Source: Rebecca billardiae RCC1528 (Eukaryota > Protista > Haptophyta). Taken from it: a DNA stretch of 64,000 bases. The stretch lies in the NCBI GenBank assembly GCA_965240325.2, contig OZ251250.1:806001-870000 (forward strand). Reading direction: 5' to 3'. Positions 11,064 to 21,317 of the stretch are shown piece after piece. Every line of letters begins with the position of its first letter. The first letter of the stretch is position 1. Below the pieces are notes generated by a model. That model saw only the letters and a program-made list of their open reading frames with translations, searched no databases and was not told the DNA's origin. Made by a program: the position numbers and the translations under genes.

Positions 11064-13215
11064 TCAAGAGTTTCCGAGGATGATCTTATCGATGAGCGAG
11101 GGCGGCGCGAGCATGCGGCTCTTCTGAAAGTTGCGCACGGCGTCGATGTAGTCGCGCTGCTGCACGGCGCTGCCGCCCCTGCGCACCATCCGGATGGCCG
11201 CCTCGTTCGTGATCGCGGCCAGCTCAGCGCCTGCGCCGTCGCGCGCGCGCGCACCGCACGCGGAAAGCACGCGCGGCGGTTTCATTGATGGCGGTTTCAT
11301 TGATGGCGGTTTTGGCGGTTTGGCGTTCGGGCGGGCGCGCGTGGGCGCGGCACCACGCGTCCGCTCTGCACGCGCCGCGCCGCGCGCGGCGTGCGCACCG
11401 CTCATCCCCTGCGCGAGCGCCGCGACGCCGAGCAGGTCCACCGCCTCGTCGAGCACCAGCTTCTTGGCGTGCACGCCGAGGATGTCCGCGCGGCCGTCCA
11501 CGTCCGGCAGCTCGATCTGGACAACGCGGTCGAACCGGCCGGGGCGGATGAGTGCCTGGTCGAGGATGGACGCGCGGTTGGTGGCGCCGACGACGATCAC
11601 GCCGTTGTTCGACGAGTCGAGCCCGTCCATGCACGCCAGCAGCTGGTTGAGCGTCTGCTCCACCTCGTCGTTCGAGCCCGTCAGCCGGAGCGACCGGCGC
11701 TTGCCTGCGGCCGAGCGAGCGCGCGCCGCACGCGCGCGCCGGCGGCGGTGTGTGTCAGCGGGCGAGCGCGGGCGCGCACGCGGGCGGGCGGGCGGGCGGG
11801 CTCGCGGCGGGGGTCGGGCGCGCTCTCACCGAGCGCGTCGAGCTCGTCGATGAAGATCACGCACGGCGCGAGCTTCCCCGCCTTCACGAACAGCGAGCGC
11901 AAACGGCTCGCGCCGCGCCCTACGAAGATTTCGACAAAGTCGGAGCCCGAGCAGTAGAAAAACGGGACCCCCGCCTCGCACGCGAGCACGCGCGCGAGGA
12001 GCGTCTTGCCCGTGCCGGGAGGGCCGGCGAGGAGGATGCCCGAGGGCAGGCGCACGCCCGCGTTCAAGTACCTGCGCGCGCGCGGCGTGGCCGCCGCGCG
12101 AGGCCGTCGCGCGGTGAGGCGCGGCGCGCGGCGGCGGGCGCGGCGGCGCGCGCGCGGCGCGGCGCGCCGAGCGGCGGCGCGCGGCGCCGCGCGCACTTGG
12201 CGGGCTCGCGCAGCATGGCGACGATCTCCTGCACCTCCGACTTGGCCGCGTCGATCCCCTGCACGTCGTCGAACGTGAGCGGCTCGCCGATCGCCGCCGC
12301 GCTCGCGCGCTTACCCACGTTGCTCGTCATCTGGCGCGCCTGGCGCGAGTAGAGGAAGCCGAGACCGGCGAGCCAGATGAGTGGGAGGGCGAGGGCGCCG
12401 AGCGAGTCGTAGCGCGAGGGCGCGGGCGCGCGGAAGTGGACGCCCTTCTTTATCAGCAGGTCGAGCAGGTGCGGCGCCGCGAGCACCGGCCGCGAGAAGT
12501 GCGGCCGGCCGTCGAGAACGAACTCGAGACGTTTCAGGGAAACGGCGAGGTTGGAGATGGGCGCGTTGGTTTGCACGAGCTGCAGGAAGGAGGAGTAGGG
12601 GAGCTCGACGAGGGCGGGCGCGGAGGGCGGGGCGAGGAGCGACGAGGCGAACACGCCCATCACGAACAGCGAGCACATCGAGAGCAGCACGCGCGCCACG
12701 CGTCGCCTCGCCGCGTCGCGCAGAAACGCGCGCAGGAGCGACTCGAGCGGCCGAAGCGCGCGCACGACCGGCCGGAGGGCGCGGGCGAGGGCGGCGGCGG
12801 CGCTCTCGTAGAAGAGGCGGATGAGGCGCAGGAGCGGCGGGTCCGAGCCCGGCTTCTTCCCGCCGTCCTCCGCCGGGCGCTCCTCCGCCGGAGGCGCGAG
12901 ATCGGAGGCGAGCGCGCGCGCGCGCGCGCCCGCCGCCGCGCGCGCCGTGCGCGCGCGCGGCAGCGGCAGCGGCAGCGCGGGCGCGCCGCGCTCGAGGCCG
13001 AGGCGCGGGCGCGGCATCGACACCGCCGCGCGGGCCGTGACGCGGCCGAGCCGCGGCCGCCTCGCGTGCGCGCGCGCGCCCGGCGCGGCGAGCGCCGCGG
13101 CCCCGCGGCCGGCGGCGCGCGGCACGCTCGGCGCGCCGACCGCGCCGTACGCCGAGCACCTGCACGCGAGCGTGGCTGCGAGCAGCGCGACGTGCCACAC
13201 AGCGGCACGCCCCAT
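11064..13215 (-). CDS. ftsH: FtsH-like membrane AAA+ ATPase lacking the M41 peptidase domain (FtsHi-like), 4 exons
   Basis: Signal+transit-like N-terminus and two TM segments around the FtsH extracellular segment. Motifs [19 protein letters not shown], Walker A GPPGTGKT, Walker [16 protein letters not shown] and RPGRFDR. Introns 12072-12196, 11705-11829 and 11231-11398 (GT..AG). Confidence 0.9.
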
Positions 13216-13492
13216 CCTCAATCGGGCGCGACCGCCCATGCGCCTCGCAAGCGCCGGGGCAGCACGCGGCTCGGCGCGAGGGGAGCGCGCGCTATGATAG
13301 CGCCGCCACCGCACGCTCTTTCACGCGACGTGCGGGCCGCAGTGATCAAGAGGGCGGGCGTGGGCCAATCAGCTGCGAGCTCGAGCATCACACCCGGACT
13401 ATTGGCCTCGTGCAGAATCGTAATCGCGGGACGACTTTCATTTTTCGCGCGCTTTCGACGCCGCGCGACGCGTAAAGCGCGCGCTCGCCAGC

Positions 13493-13801
13493 ATGGATCC
13501 CACCGCGCCGCGCGGCGAGATCGCGCTGAGGGCGCTCTACTCCTTCCCGAACGCGCCGTGCCTGCGCGAATCGCTGCTGTACGGCGTGGGCGGCGGCGCG
13601 ACGATCGGCGTGCTCCGATACGCCACTCGGCGCAGCCAGCCCAGGGCAGCGCTCCACGCGGCCTTCTCCGGGGCCGTCGTGCTCGGCATGACGAGCGGGC
13701 TCGCGTGGCTCGTCTGCCGCCGCTCGATCCACGAGCAGCAGCGCCCGCTCATCCAGAAGCTGCGCAAGCTGCGAGAACTACAGGATGCGAGTCGGGACTG
13801 A
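13493..13801 (+). CDS. COX20: Cytochrome c oxidase assembly factor COX20-like
   Basis: 102 aa with PCLRESLLYG...two TM helices...WLVCR, the COX20/FAM36A pattern with its two conserved Cys. Confidence 0.8.
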   Translation: MDPTAPRGEIALRALYSFPNAPCLRESLLYGVGGGATIGVLRYATRRSQPRAALHAAFSGAVVLGMTSGLAWLVCRRSIHEQQRPLIQKLRKLRELQDASRD

Positions 13802-14337
13802 GCGCGCGAGGCGCTCGGACGCCTGCTGTGGCGATGGCCATGGTGCCATATCGATCGCAGCTAACTGGCGCGCTTACCCGCGCCCCGTACCGCGGCCGCG
13901 GTTGGCGGTGCCGGAGGCCCCCTCGCGGGTCTCTCCGAGGCGCCGGAGCTGACGCTGACGATCGAGGAGTCACGTCGGCATCGATGAGCCGCCATCGTTC
14001 CGAGCAGACGCGTCGAAGAATCATCCATCCGCGCATGGTTGATGACGACGATCCCGGACGTGAAGTAGTGCCACAGGCTGACGACGGTCACATCCGAGTC
14101 CGACTCGTTCACGATTACACGGTCACGAACAGAGTACAGACGGAACAGTGACGGCAGCCTGTCGGCAGTAGCGCCCGTCGGCGTCGGCGTCGGCGTCAGG
14201 CCGCCAGACATCAGGCCGACTCTGGCTGTCTCTGCGCGGCACTCGGCTGAGTCGGCAGCCCGAGTCGCCACTCATATTATTAATCTGATTCTGAAGCTGT
14301 TGTCGTTGACACTGCATGCACAGTCGGTGCCACTAGT

Positions 14338-16970
14338 CACAGTGCAGGATTGGAATTTTCCGTGACGCTTCGGACGGTCCGCAGCTCGAGTCAGCGAATC
14401 CGGTCTCGGCCGGACAGTGGAACTCGGGTGGAAGCCGCGACTTCGCGGCGGACGGAGCCTCAAACGAGCGGTGCCTCGGCTCGCGGCGCGATCTACTCGG
14501 CGAAGACCGACGAGGCTGCTCGCGGGCCCGACTATGCGTCGAGGCGGGCTGGGGTCGTCTTCCGCGTGGCGCTGGGCAAGTTCCTCGCCGCCCTGACGGG
14601 TGCTCTCCTTTCGCCCTCACGGCGCGCGCGGTGCGTTTCGCGAGCTTCTTGCATGCGCCGCCCGCGGTTGCGCCCGAGCCTGATGCTTCAGTCGACACGG
14701 CAGGTGGCTCGCGCAGGGTGGGATTGTGTGCGGGTGCCGCTGGCGGTGCGTCTCACCCTCCTGAAATTGTGTGGGAGGCTGTGACATTGCACGCGTACAC
14801 CCCGCCACGCCCGCGGCCCGCCCGCGCAAACGCCGCGCCGCGCAGTTGTCTTTGACCTCGAGCGAGCCTGAGGCGTGGAGGCGACCGACGGCGGGGTGCG
14901 ACTTGCCCACCGACCCGAGCCGCATCACCCAGCGCAGCCTCGCCCGCGACGACGCTTCGCCTGGCTGCCACTGCTCAGCCGCGTGCAAGGCGGGCTGGGC
15001 GACGTCTTTGCCGAGCGCGGCTGCAGCGCAGCACGCGAGAGGCTGGAGCGCCATGACGCGGATGGCGGAGCGGGCTTTGGGCTGGCTGGCATGAGCCGCC
15101 AGGCTGTACCGTCCGCGCAGATCGCGCTCGGCCCGGCCGCAGCCCTCCTGAGCGCGCGCCTCAGAGCTGAGACTGATCACGTGCACGCGCACAAGCCACA
15201 CTGCCGTGGCTGTGTCGAGCAGCTGCGTGTGCTCGAGGCGCGGCGCTCGCACGGGCCACGCGGGCGCAGCGGGTGCGCGCAGCTGGCGCACGCAGTGCCA
15301 CGTCCTGCCGCGCCAGTTTGGCGGCCGTCCGCCCCCCCGAGCTCGAGTTCTGCGCGCTTTGCGACGGCGCGGCCGGCCGCGCCCATCTTCATGCTTGGGC
15401 ACGCCAGCATGGCCGCCGCCGGGCCTGCTGCGCGCGCCGAAGCTGGAGGGCGGAGGAGGGCGCTGGGCTGCTCCTACGGCGTGCTGCAGCCCGGGCAGGC
15501 TTTTCCGCGGCGCGGCGAGGCCGTCGCGCCTGCTCGCCGCCGTCGAGTCGCCCGTGCTGAGTGACCGTCGGCCGCATGTGCTCGGCGGCACCGCAGGCAG
15601 GCGTCCCATACCAGTGTGCTCGAGCCGCTGCGCGCACCCAAGGCGAGCTGCTCGAGCGGGCTAGGTGGGCCCACGGAGTGCGCGCAGCTGGCGCACGCAG
15701 CCCCGCGTCATGGGGTGTCGGTTTGACGGTCGCCAGCCCCCGTGGGCTCGAGCTCTGTGCGCTTCACCACGGAGGTGCCGACGGCGCCCCGCGGCGCGCA
15801 ACGGCGTGGCAGCATGGCCGCCGCCGGCGCCGCCGCACATGCCGCCGCTTACGGGCAGTCGAGAGCTTGGGGCAGCACCTACGGCATGCTGCAGCTCGGG
15901 CGGGCTCTGCCAGCCTGCTGTGGCGTGATCGCGCATTTTCCAGACCGTCGACTCGCCCGCGCTGCATATTTGTTTGCTGCGCGTGCTCGACGGCGCCGCT
16001 GCTGCCGCTACGGCCGCGCGTTGCTGCGTCGCGAGCGAGCCCGATGCGAGCTGAACGGCGGCGTGCTCATCGCTGCTGGCGCAGATGGGCGCGTCATGGT
16101 GGCCACGCACGATGCTGAGTGCTCGCGCGTGCCAGACGAGGCGCGTGCTCGCGCTGTGGCTCAATGTCCGGCAGTGCGCGTGGCAGGCCGCAGCTGCTCG
16201 ACAACAGAACCAGCGGGCAGTGATCGGGCTGCGCGCGCGCAGCTGATGGCGGCGAACGAGCGAGCCCGCACCGCCGCGCAAGGGCTGGGTGACTGGCGCC
16301 GAGGTGGCGCGCACGTCGTCCGCTGCCGTTGGCATCGCGGCGGACGCTTCAAGCTCGTTCGGCCGGCGTGTTTTCTCCGACGCCCACCTGCGAGCGCTGC
16401 CGGCACCGTGCTCGGGCGTCAGTATCGGTGGGCTCGAGCACGCGTGGTGAGGCGCTCGGAGCGGTCGACGGCCATGATCGGGCAGCGCACGGTGGGCGCA
16501 GGCCACGCGCACGCCAGCGCCCCGCGTGGCGTGGCTTCACGGGGCGCAGCCACCAGGAGACTGTGCTGCGACGAGCTCGGGCGCGCTCGGGCGCCGCTGC
16601 TCTGCATTTTCCCGAAAAATCGGTTTTCGTGCCCTCGACCGGCGGTATGCCGCCGGGGTGGCCGCAGCTGCGCTCGGAGCAGCGCGCACGCGCACCGCCG
16701 TGTGCGCCCGCCCGCTTTCGCCGCCGCCGAGCTCGAGCACAGCGCTGCGCGGGGCTGCGTAATGCCAACGGCGCATGATTTTTTGCCCGCGCCGAGCGCG
16801 CGTCGGCGCGCGCAGCGCGCTCAGGTGTGGCCTGCTACCAAGGTCTGTGCCACGATTCGACGCGCCTATGGTGCGCCGAATTTAGGCGCACCGCTTCAGA
16901 ATTGTCCGATGATTCGACTAGTGGTGCGGACAACTTAAAACGTCACCCTGAGCAGTTTTCCGGCACTGTG
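14338..16970. mobile_element. Putative non-autonomous DNA transposon with CACAGTG termini and 2-bp GT TSD (CMC/EnSpm-like)
   Basis: Left end CACAGTGCAGGA..GTGACG..TCCGCA and the reverse complement of the right end, CACAGTGCCGGA..GTGACG..TCCGCA, align without gaps over 46 bp. GT flanks both ends. Degenerate internal ~400-bp repeats; no intact gene. Confidence 0.55.
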
Positions 16971-17641
16971 GTAATATATATATATATAGTCGTGTAGTAC
17001 AGAGTCAGCAGCATATCGGAGTACTCTACCCTGGCAGTGGCGACCCGGCGACCAGGCCGGGCTGCACCGGCGGGCACCCGAGTGCGGCGAGTCAGCGGCG
17101 TGCTGCCCGCCGTGCTGGCCGCAGCGTTGCGCCCGTTCCCATCCGAGCCGGGTCAGTCGGGCCAGTCGGTCGGCCGCGCGCTGGTCGCGCTCGGCGCGCG
17201 CGGGGGGCCTGCATCACTTCGGGCCCACTGTCCCGCTAAGCCAAGAGCGCAGAGCCAGGCCGCTAGTAGCTGCGGGCGCGGCGCGCTGGGTAGATCGCCG
17301 GACCGGTGTCCGCTCACCGCCAGTGCCACTTGGCCCTTTGCCCGCCTCGCCCGATGTCCGTGGACACACCGTTGCTGGAGGAGGTCTGAGCGAGCTTGCG
17401 AGCGAGGTATTGGCACAGCGGCGACGCGACGCCGCAGCAGCGGGACGACGGCCCCAATCGTGCCATCCTCCCAGCCCACCACAGGTGGGCCGACTGTGGC
17501 CGAAAGGCGGGGCGTTGACGACACCGCGTAACCGGAAGGGGCCTGGTGACATGCCTCCGTGCGCGTCTCTCACATGTCGAGAGCGTGGACCGGAAGCAAG
17601 CAGTCTGGCGCGGCGGCCTTTACCGCCGGGAGGCCCGAGGC

Positions 17642-18004
17642 TCAGCCCAGGTCAGCGGCGCCGCTGGAGAAGTCGGAGACTGATGGACGGCCTCGTCCCC
17701 GTCGCCGCATCGTGGCCTCGAAGCAGTCTAGCTGGGTGCCGATGACGAACGGGATGGCGTACAGAGGCACGGTAGAGCGCGTGGCGAATAGGAAGCCGCG
17801 CAACCGATCGCCTGGCGGGCACGAGATGGCAAAGACGGCACCGCGCGCGCTGCCCATAACCAGGCCGAGGCCGAGGGCAAGAGCAGCCACCGAGTAGTGC
17901 GCGTACACGGGGCGCTCATCGAGGTTGCGCGAGTGACACTCGGCTGCCTCCCGCAGCCACGTCGAGGGCGACCAGCCGTCGCCACCGAATAGTACGCGCT
18001 CCAT
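17642..18004 (-). CDS. Hypothetical small membrane protein (120 aa)
   Basis: ATG start, normal amino-acid composition, two hydrophobic segments, divergent from FAD4 across 138 bp. Confidence 0.5.
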   Translation of the reverse strand: MERVLFGGDGWSPSTWLREAAECHSRNLDERPVYAHYSVAALALGLGLVMGSARGAVFAISCPPGDRLRGFLFATRSTVPLYAIPFVIGTQLDCFEATMRRRGRGRPSVSDFSSGAADLG

Positions 18005-18142
18005 CGCGGCGGGGCGCGCTTAGGTCGGCCAGGCGGACGGCCGCGCAGGCGCGCACGCCGACGGCGGTGACGGATGGGCGTTGCGTGAGAGGGCGGGTGC
18101 GCAGTCCGGCTGGGCGCACAAAGAAAGAAGCCGCGTCGCGCC

Positions 18143-19102
18143 ATGCCCAGATTCTTCCTCGCGACCAGCGCAGCCGCGCGGCGCGCGCTGGCCATCTCGG
18201 CGGCCGTCGTGCTGCTCAACGCAGGGCCTGCGTCGAGTCACGCGCTCGGCGCGCGCCGGCAGACTCTGCTCCGCCGCAGCGCCCTCCGCGCGGCGCAGCA
18301 GGCCCAAACCGCTGAGCCGTTCGCCGCCGCGGCCGCGGCATTGGATCGTGTCGACGACGGCGAGGGCGGCAGCCTGCGGCCGAAGCCCGAGCTCGTGATC
18401 CCGGGCGACACGCTCGAAACGCTTCCGTCGCACGTGGCGTGGACGGCCACGTGCTCCGCCGCGGTCGCCATCCTTGCGCTGCGCGCGCTCGCGCTCGCGC
18501 CGCTTCCCGGAACGTTCACGCTGCTTTCCGCGCTCGTGCTCGGCGACGCGCTCTCCGCCGTGATCCACTGGGGCACGGACAACTACGGCTCGATCCGCAC
18601 GCCCGTCGTCGGCTCCGTGTGCGCCGCCTTCCAGGGCCACCACAAGGCGCCGTGGACCATCACGCACCGCTCTTTCTGGAACAACGTCTTCAAGATCGCG
18701 AAAACAGCGCTTCCGGCAGTCGCCCTGGCGGCGCTCACGCTGCCGCCGCTCGGCGCGGCGTTCGTCGCGACGCTGCTGTACAGCCAGCTGCTCGCGCAGG
18801 AGCTGCACCGGTGGAGCCACTGCCTCCCCTCCGAGCTTGCGCCGTGGCAGCGCTGGCTGCAGGACTCTGGGCTCGTGCTGAGCCGGGCGGAGCACCTGAG
18901 GCACCACACCCCGCCGTTCGACCGGCACTACGCCATTCTCCTCGGCGCCACCAACGGGCCGCTCGACCGCGCCGGCGTGTTCCGAGTGCTGGAGCGCTGG
19001 GTGCTCGCGCGCACTGGGAACGAGGCCAACTGCTGGAACGAGCCCAAGGGCGGCGCCGCCGTACGCGCGCGTGCGATGCAGCAGGGCGGCGGTAGTAAGT
19101 AG
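18143..19102 (+). CDS. FAD4: FAD4/TMEM189 (Kua-domain) lipid desaturase, probably plastid-targeted
   Basis: His motifs HWGTDNYG, FQGHHKAPW, QELHRWSH and HLRHH; signal+transit-like N-terminus. Confidence 0.9.
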   Translation: MPRFFLATSAAARRALAISAAVVLLNAGPASSHALGARRQTLLRRSALRAAQQAQTAEPFAAAAAALDRVDDGEGGSLRPKPELVIPGDTLETLPSHVAWTATCSAAVAILALRALALAPLPGTFTLLSALVLGDALSAVIHWGTDNYGSIRTPVVGSVCAAFQGHHKAPWTITHRSFWNNVFKIAKTALPAVALAALTLPPLGAAFVATLLYSQLLAQELHRWSHCLPSELAPWQRWLQDSGLVLSRAEHLRHHTPPFDRHYAILLGATNGPLDRAGVFRVLERWVLARTGNEANCWNEPKGGAAVRARAMQQGGGSK

Positions 19103-19609
19103 TAACAGCAGCAGCTAGATTGTTTCTTCTTATTGATAAGACTAATAACCGACTAAGGTCTGAGTTTCTGTCCGCGCCGCCGCCGCCGTTGGCGACGCCG
19201 AGATGCGACGCCTCGAACGAAGTGACTACGACTACTAATTAGTGCCAGCCAGGCTGCGGTGCCAGTGCGGCTCATCTGTCATCAATGCGGTGTAACCTGT
19301 CGGTGATCGAGTGTGATACTGATATATATGAGCCTTACTCTTAGCAGCAGCCCGCCCGCATTTTGGATATAGCAATAAATCTGGCATGCTGACGATGTTA
19401 TTGCATGGATGCCGCGGTGCACTGGCCAGAAGTCACTCAGGAGAAGTCGGGACTGATGTCGACTCTTGCTGGCCTGTATACTCGTAGTCGGGCCGCGCGC
19501 CGCGTCCGCCACGGCCACGGGCACTCCGCACCGGCACCGTGCCGACTGCGTCAGCCTCGGGCGGACCACGTCAGCCGCGGGCTGACGTAGTCCCTGTTTC
19601 TTAGTGAAT

Positions 19610-20452
19610 GACCCGTTGCACGGGTGAGTAACCGTGAGCGTATGAAAAAACGACAAGCGTATGAATTCTCGCGGTTTTGTCGCTCGCGCTGCCGCATGGC
19701 TGACGTCCGCGCCGATCCGAGCGCAATGGTGCATTGCGAAGCCGATTCGCAATGCACCAATCCAATCCGCATGTCAATCGACCCAACCGTCGCTGAGAAC
19801 GAACGACAAAACCCAGGGCAGGTGTCCACCACGAAGCCACGCCGCGCGCGCGCTGGCAGCGTGAGCCGGCGCGGTTGCAAAGGGTTGCCCAAAGGCAGAG
19901 AGATCAGCCAATGCGGCTACCTTCGGCAAGCACGCCACCTCAGCGTCAGCATCGGGTGGGGCCGTGACGATATATGCCCTTGGATGCGGCTCCAGCCAAA
20001 CGGCTCTCGACGCGGGGAGCCGCCATCGGCCGCGAGCGCGTACACGGATACACGTGCTGTCCTCGTGAACGAGGCGCGGCCCGCGATGTGCAGGCAAGAC
20101 CTAGGGAGTGGCTCACGCTTTGATCGCGTGTACGGGTACAGAAGGCGTGCGCACGCAACCACACCGCCTTCGTGAAGCGCGTGGGCAAGCTGCTGAAGCT
20201 CTCACGATGCGCGCTTACTTCTCACCTCCGTGCGCTCGCCGACCGCTCACGCTGCCTTCCGCGCGGCGGACCTGGGAAACCTGCCACCTGGCGCACACGA
20301 CGCAGCGCGTAACGCGGAAGGTGGTAGATCTGCTGCCACGCTCCCGCTGCCGCCGCCGGCGGCGGCAGCGGCATGCCCACGATGCGGCGACGGTGATGAC
20401 TATCACTGCCAAATAAGTGTCGTTTTTTCGGCGCTCACGCGTGCAACGGGTC
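19610..20452. mobile_element. MITE-like DNA transposon, copy 1 (TIR GACCCGTTGCACG..., 4-bp TSD GAAT)
   Basis: Terminal inverted repeats GACCCGTTGCACG / CGTGCAACGGGTC with GAAT on both flanks. Homologous copy at 57856-58717. Confidence 0.9.
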
Positions 20453-21317
20453 GAATAGTGTGCTGACTAGTGCGTATAGCGAACCAGCCAATCGCTAGTC
20501 TCAGTTTCTAGGCCAGATCCGCAGATAGCAAGCCCCAGTTTCGGCTTAAACGTGACAGCTCCTTTTAAGTAATAAGTAGACATAGTTATTGCCCGCGATT
20601 GCCTGTATTGTTGCTAAGACCGGCCCGTCTGACCCGCGTGCCGTGGCCGTGCCTTGACTCGAGCATGGCGCGGTCTGTCTGCATCGCATGCCCATTGCCC
20701 TGGCCCGGCCGTTGGCCGCGGCTGCTGCTGTCATCCGATATTGACACTCATCATGGACCGATGATGTGATTCGACTTCCGGATAGATTCGATGCCAGTGA
20801 GTCCTGCGACTGACTCATACAGTGTCCTCCGTTTAGAGCCGAGTCATTCACGCGGATACTCGGATCGGCCCATATTAATGGCCTGAGCCCCCTTCCGCCT
20901 TCGGACTCGGCCACCGCCAGTCGTGTCTGCTGAGCTGACTGAGTCTCAAGTCAGCCTTAGACTCCTCAGCAGCTGAGTCAGCAGTCCCGGGCGATAGCAG
21001 TTCCGAGAGTGACGTCTGACTCGACGCGCCCCGGACGTGAGTGCCAGTCAGCCAGTGGCGAGTTATGTGATCATCAGCAATCATCATCATCATCCTTCCT
21101 TAGTCGCCCGGTGACGCCGTCGCCGTCGCGCGTGGCCGCCATGCTCATCACCAGACCGACCACTCTCAATTCATTTTCGTTCCCGCGATCGTGAGGACAG
21201 ACGGTGCCGTTGGTGCGAATTCTCGGGGCGGTCCGGAGCGGAGCCACGCGGCCACGCCAAGGGTGGTGCCACGCCACGGGCCACCAACGCGTGTCCGGGC
21301 GGTGGCGTCGCTCACGA

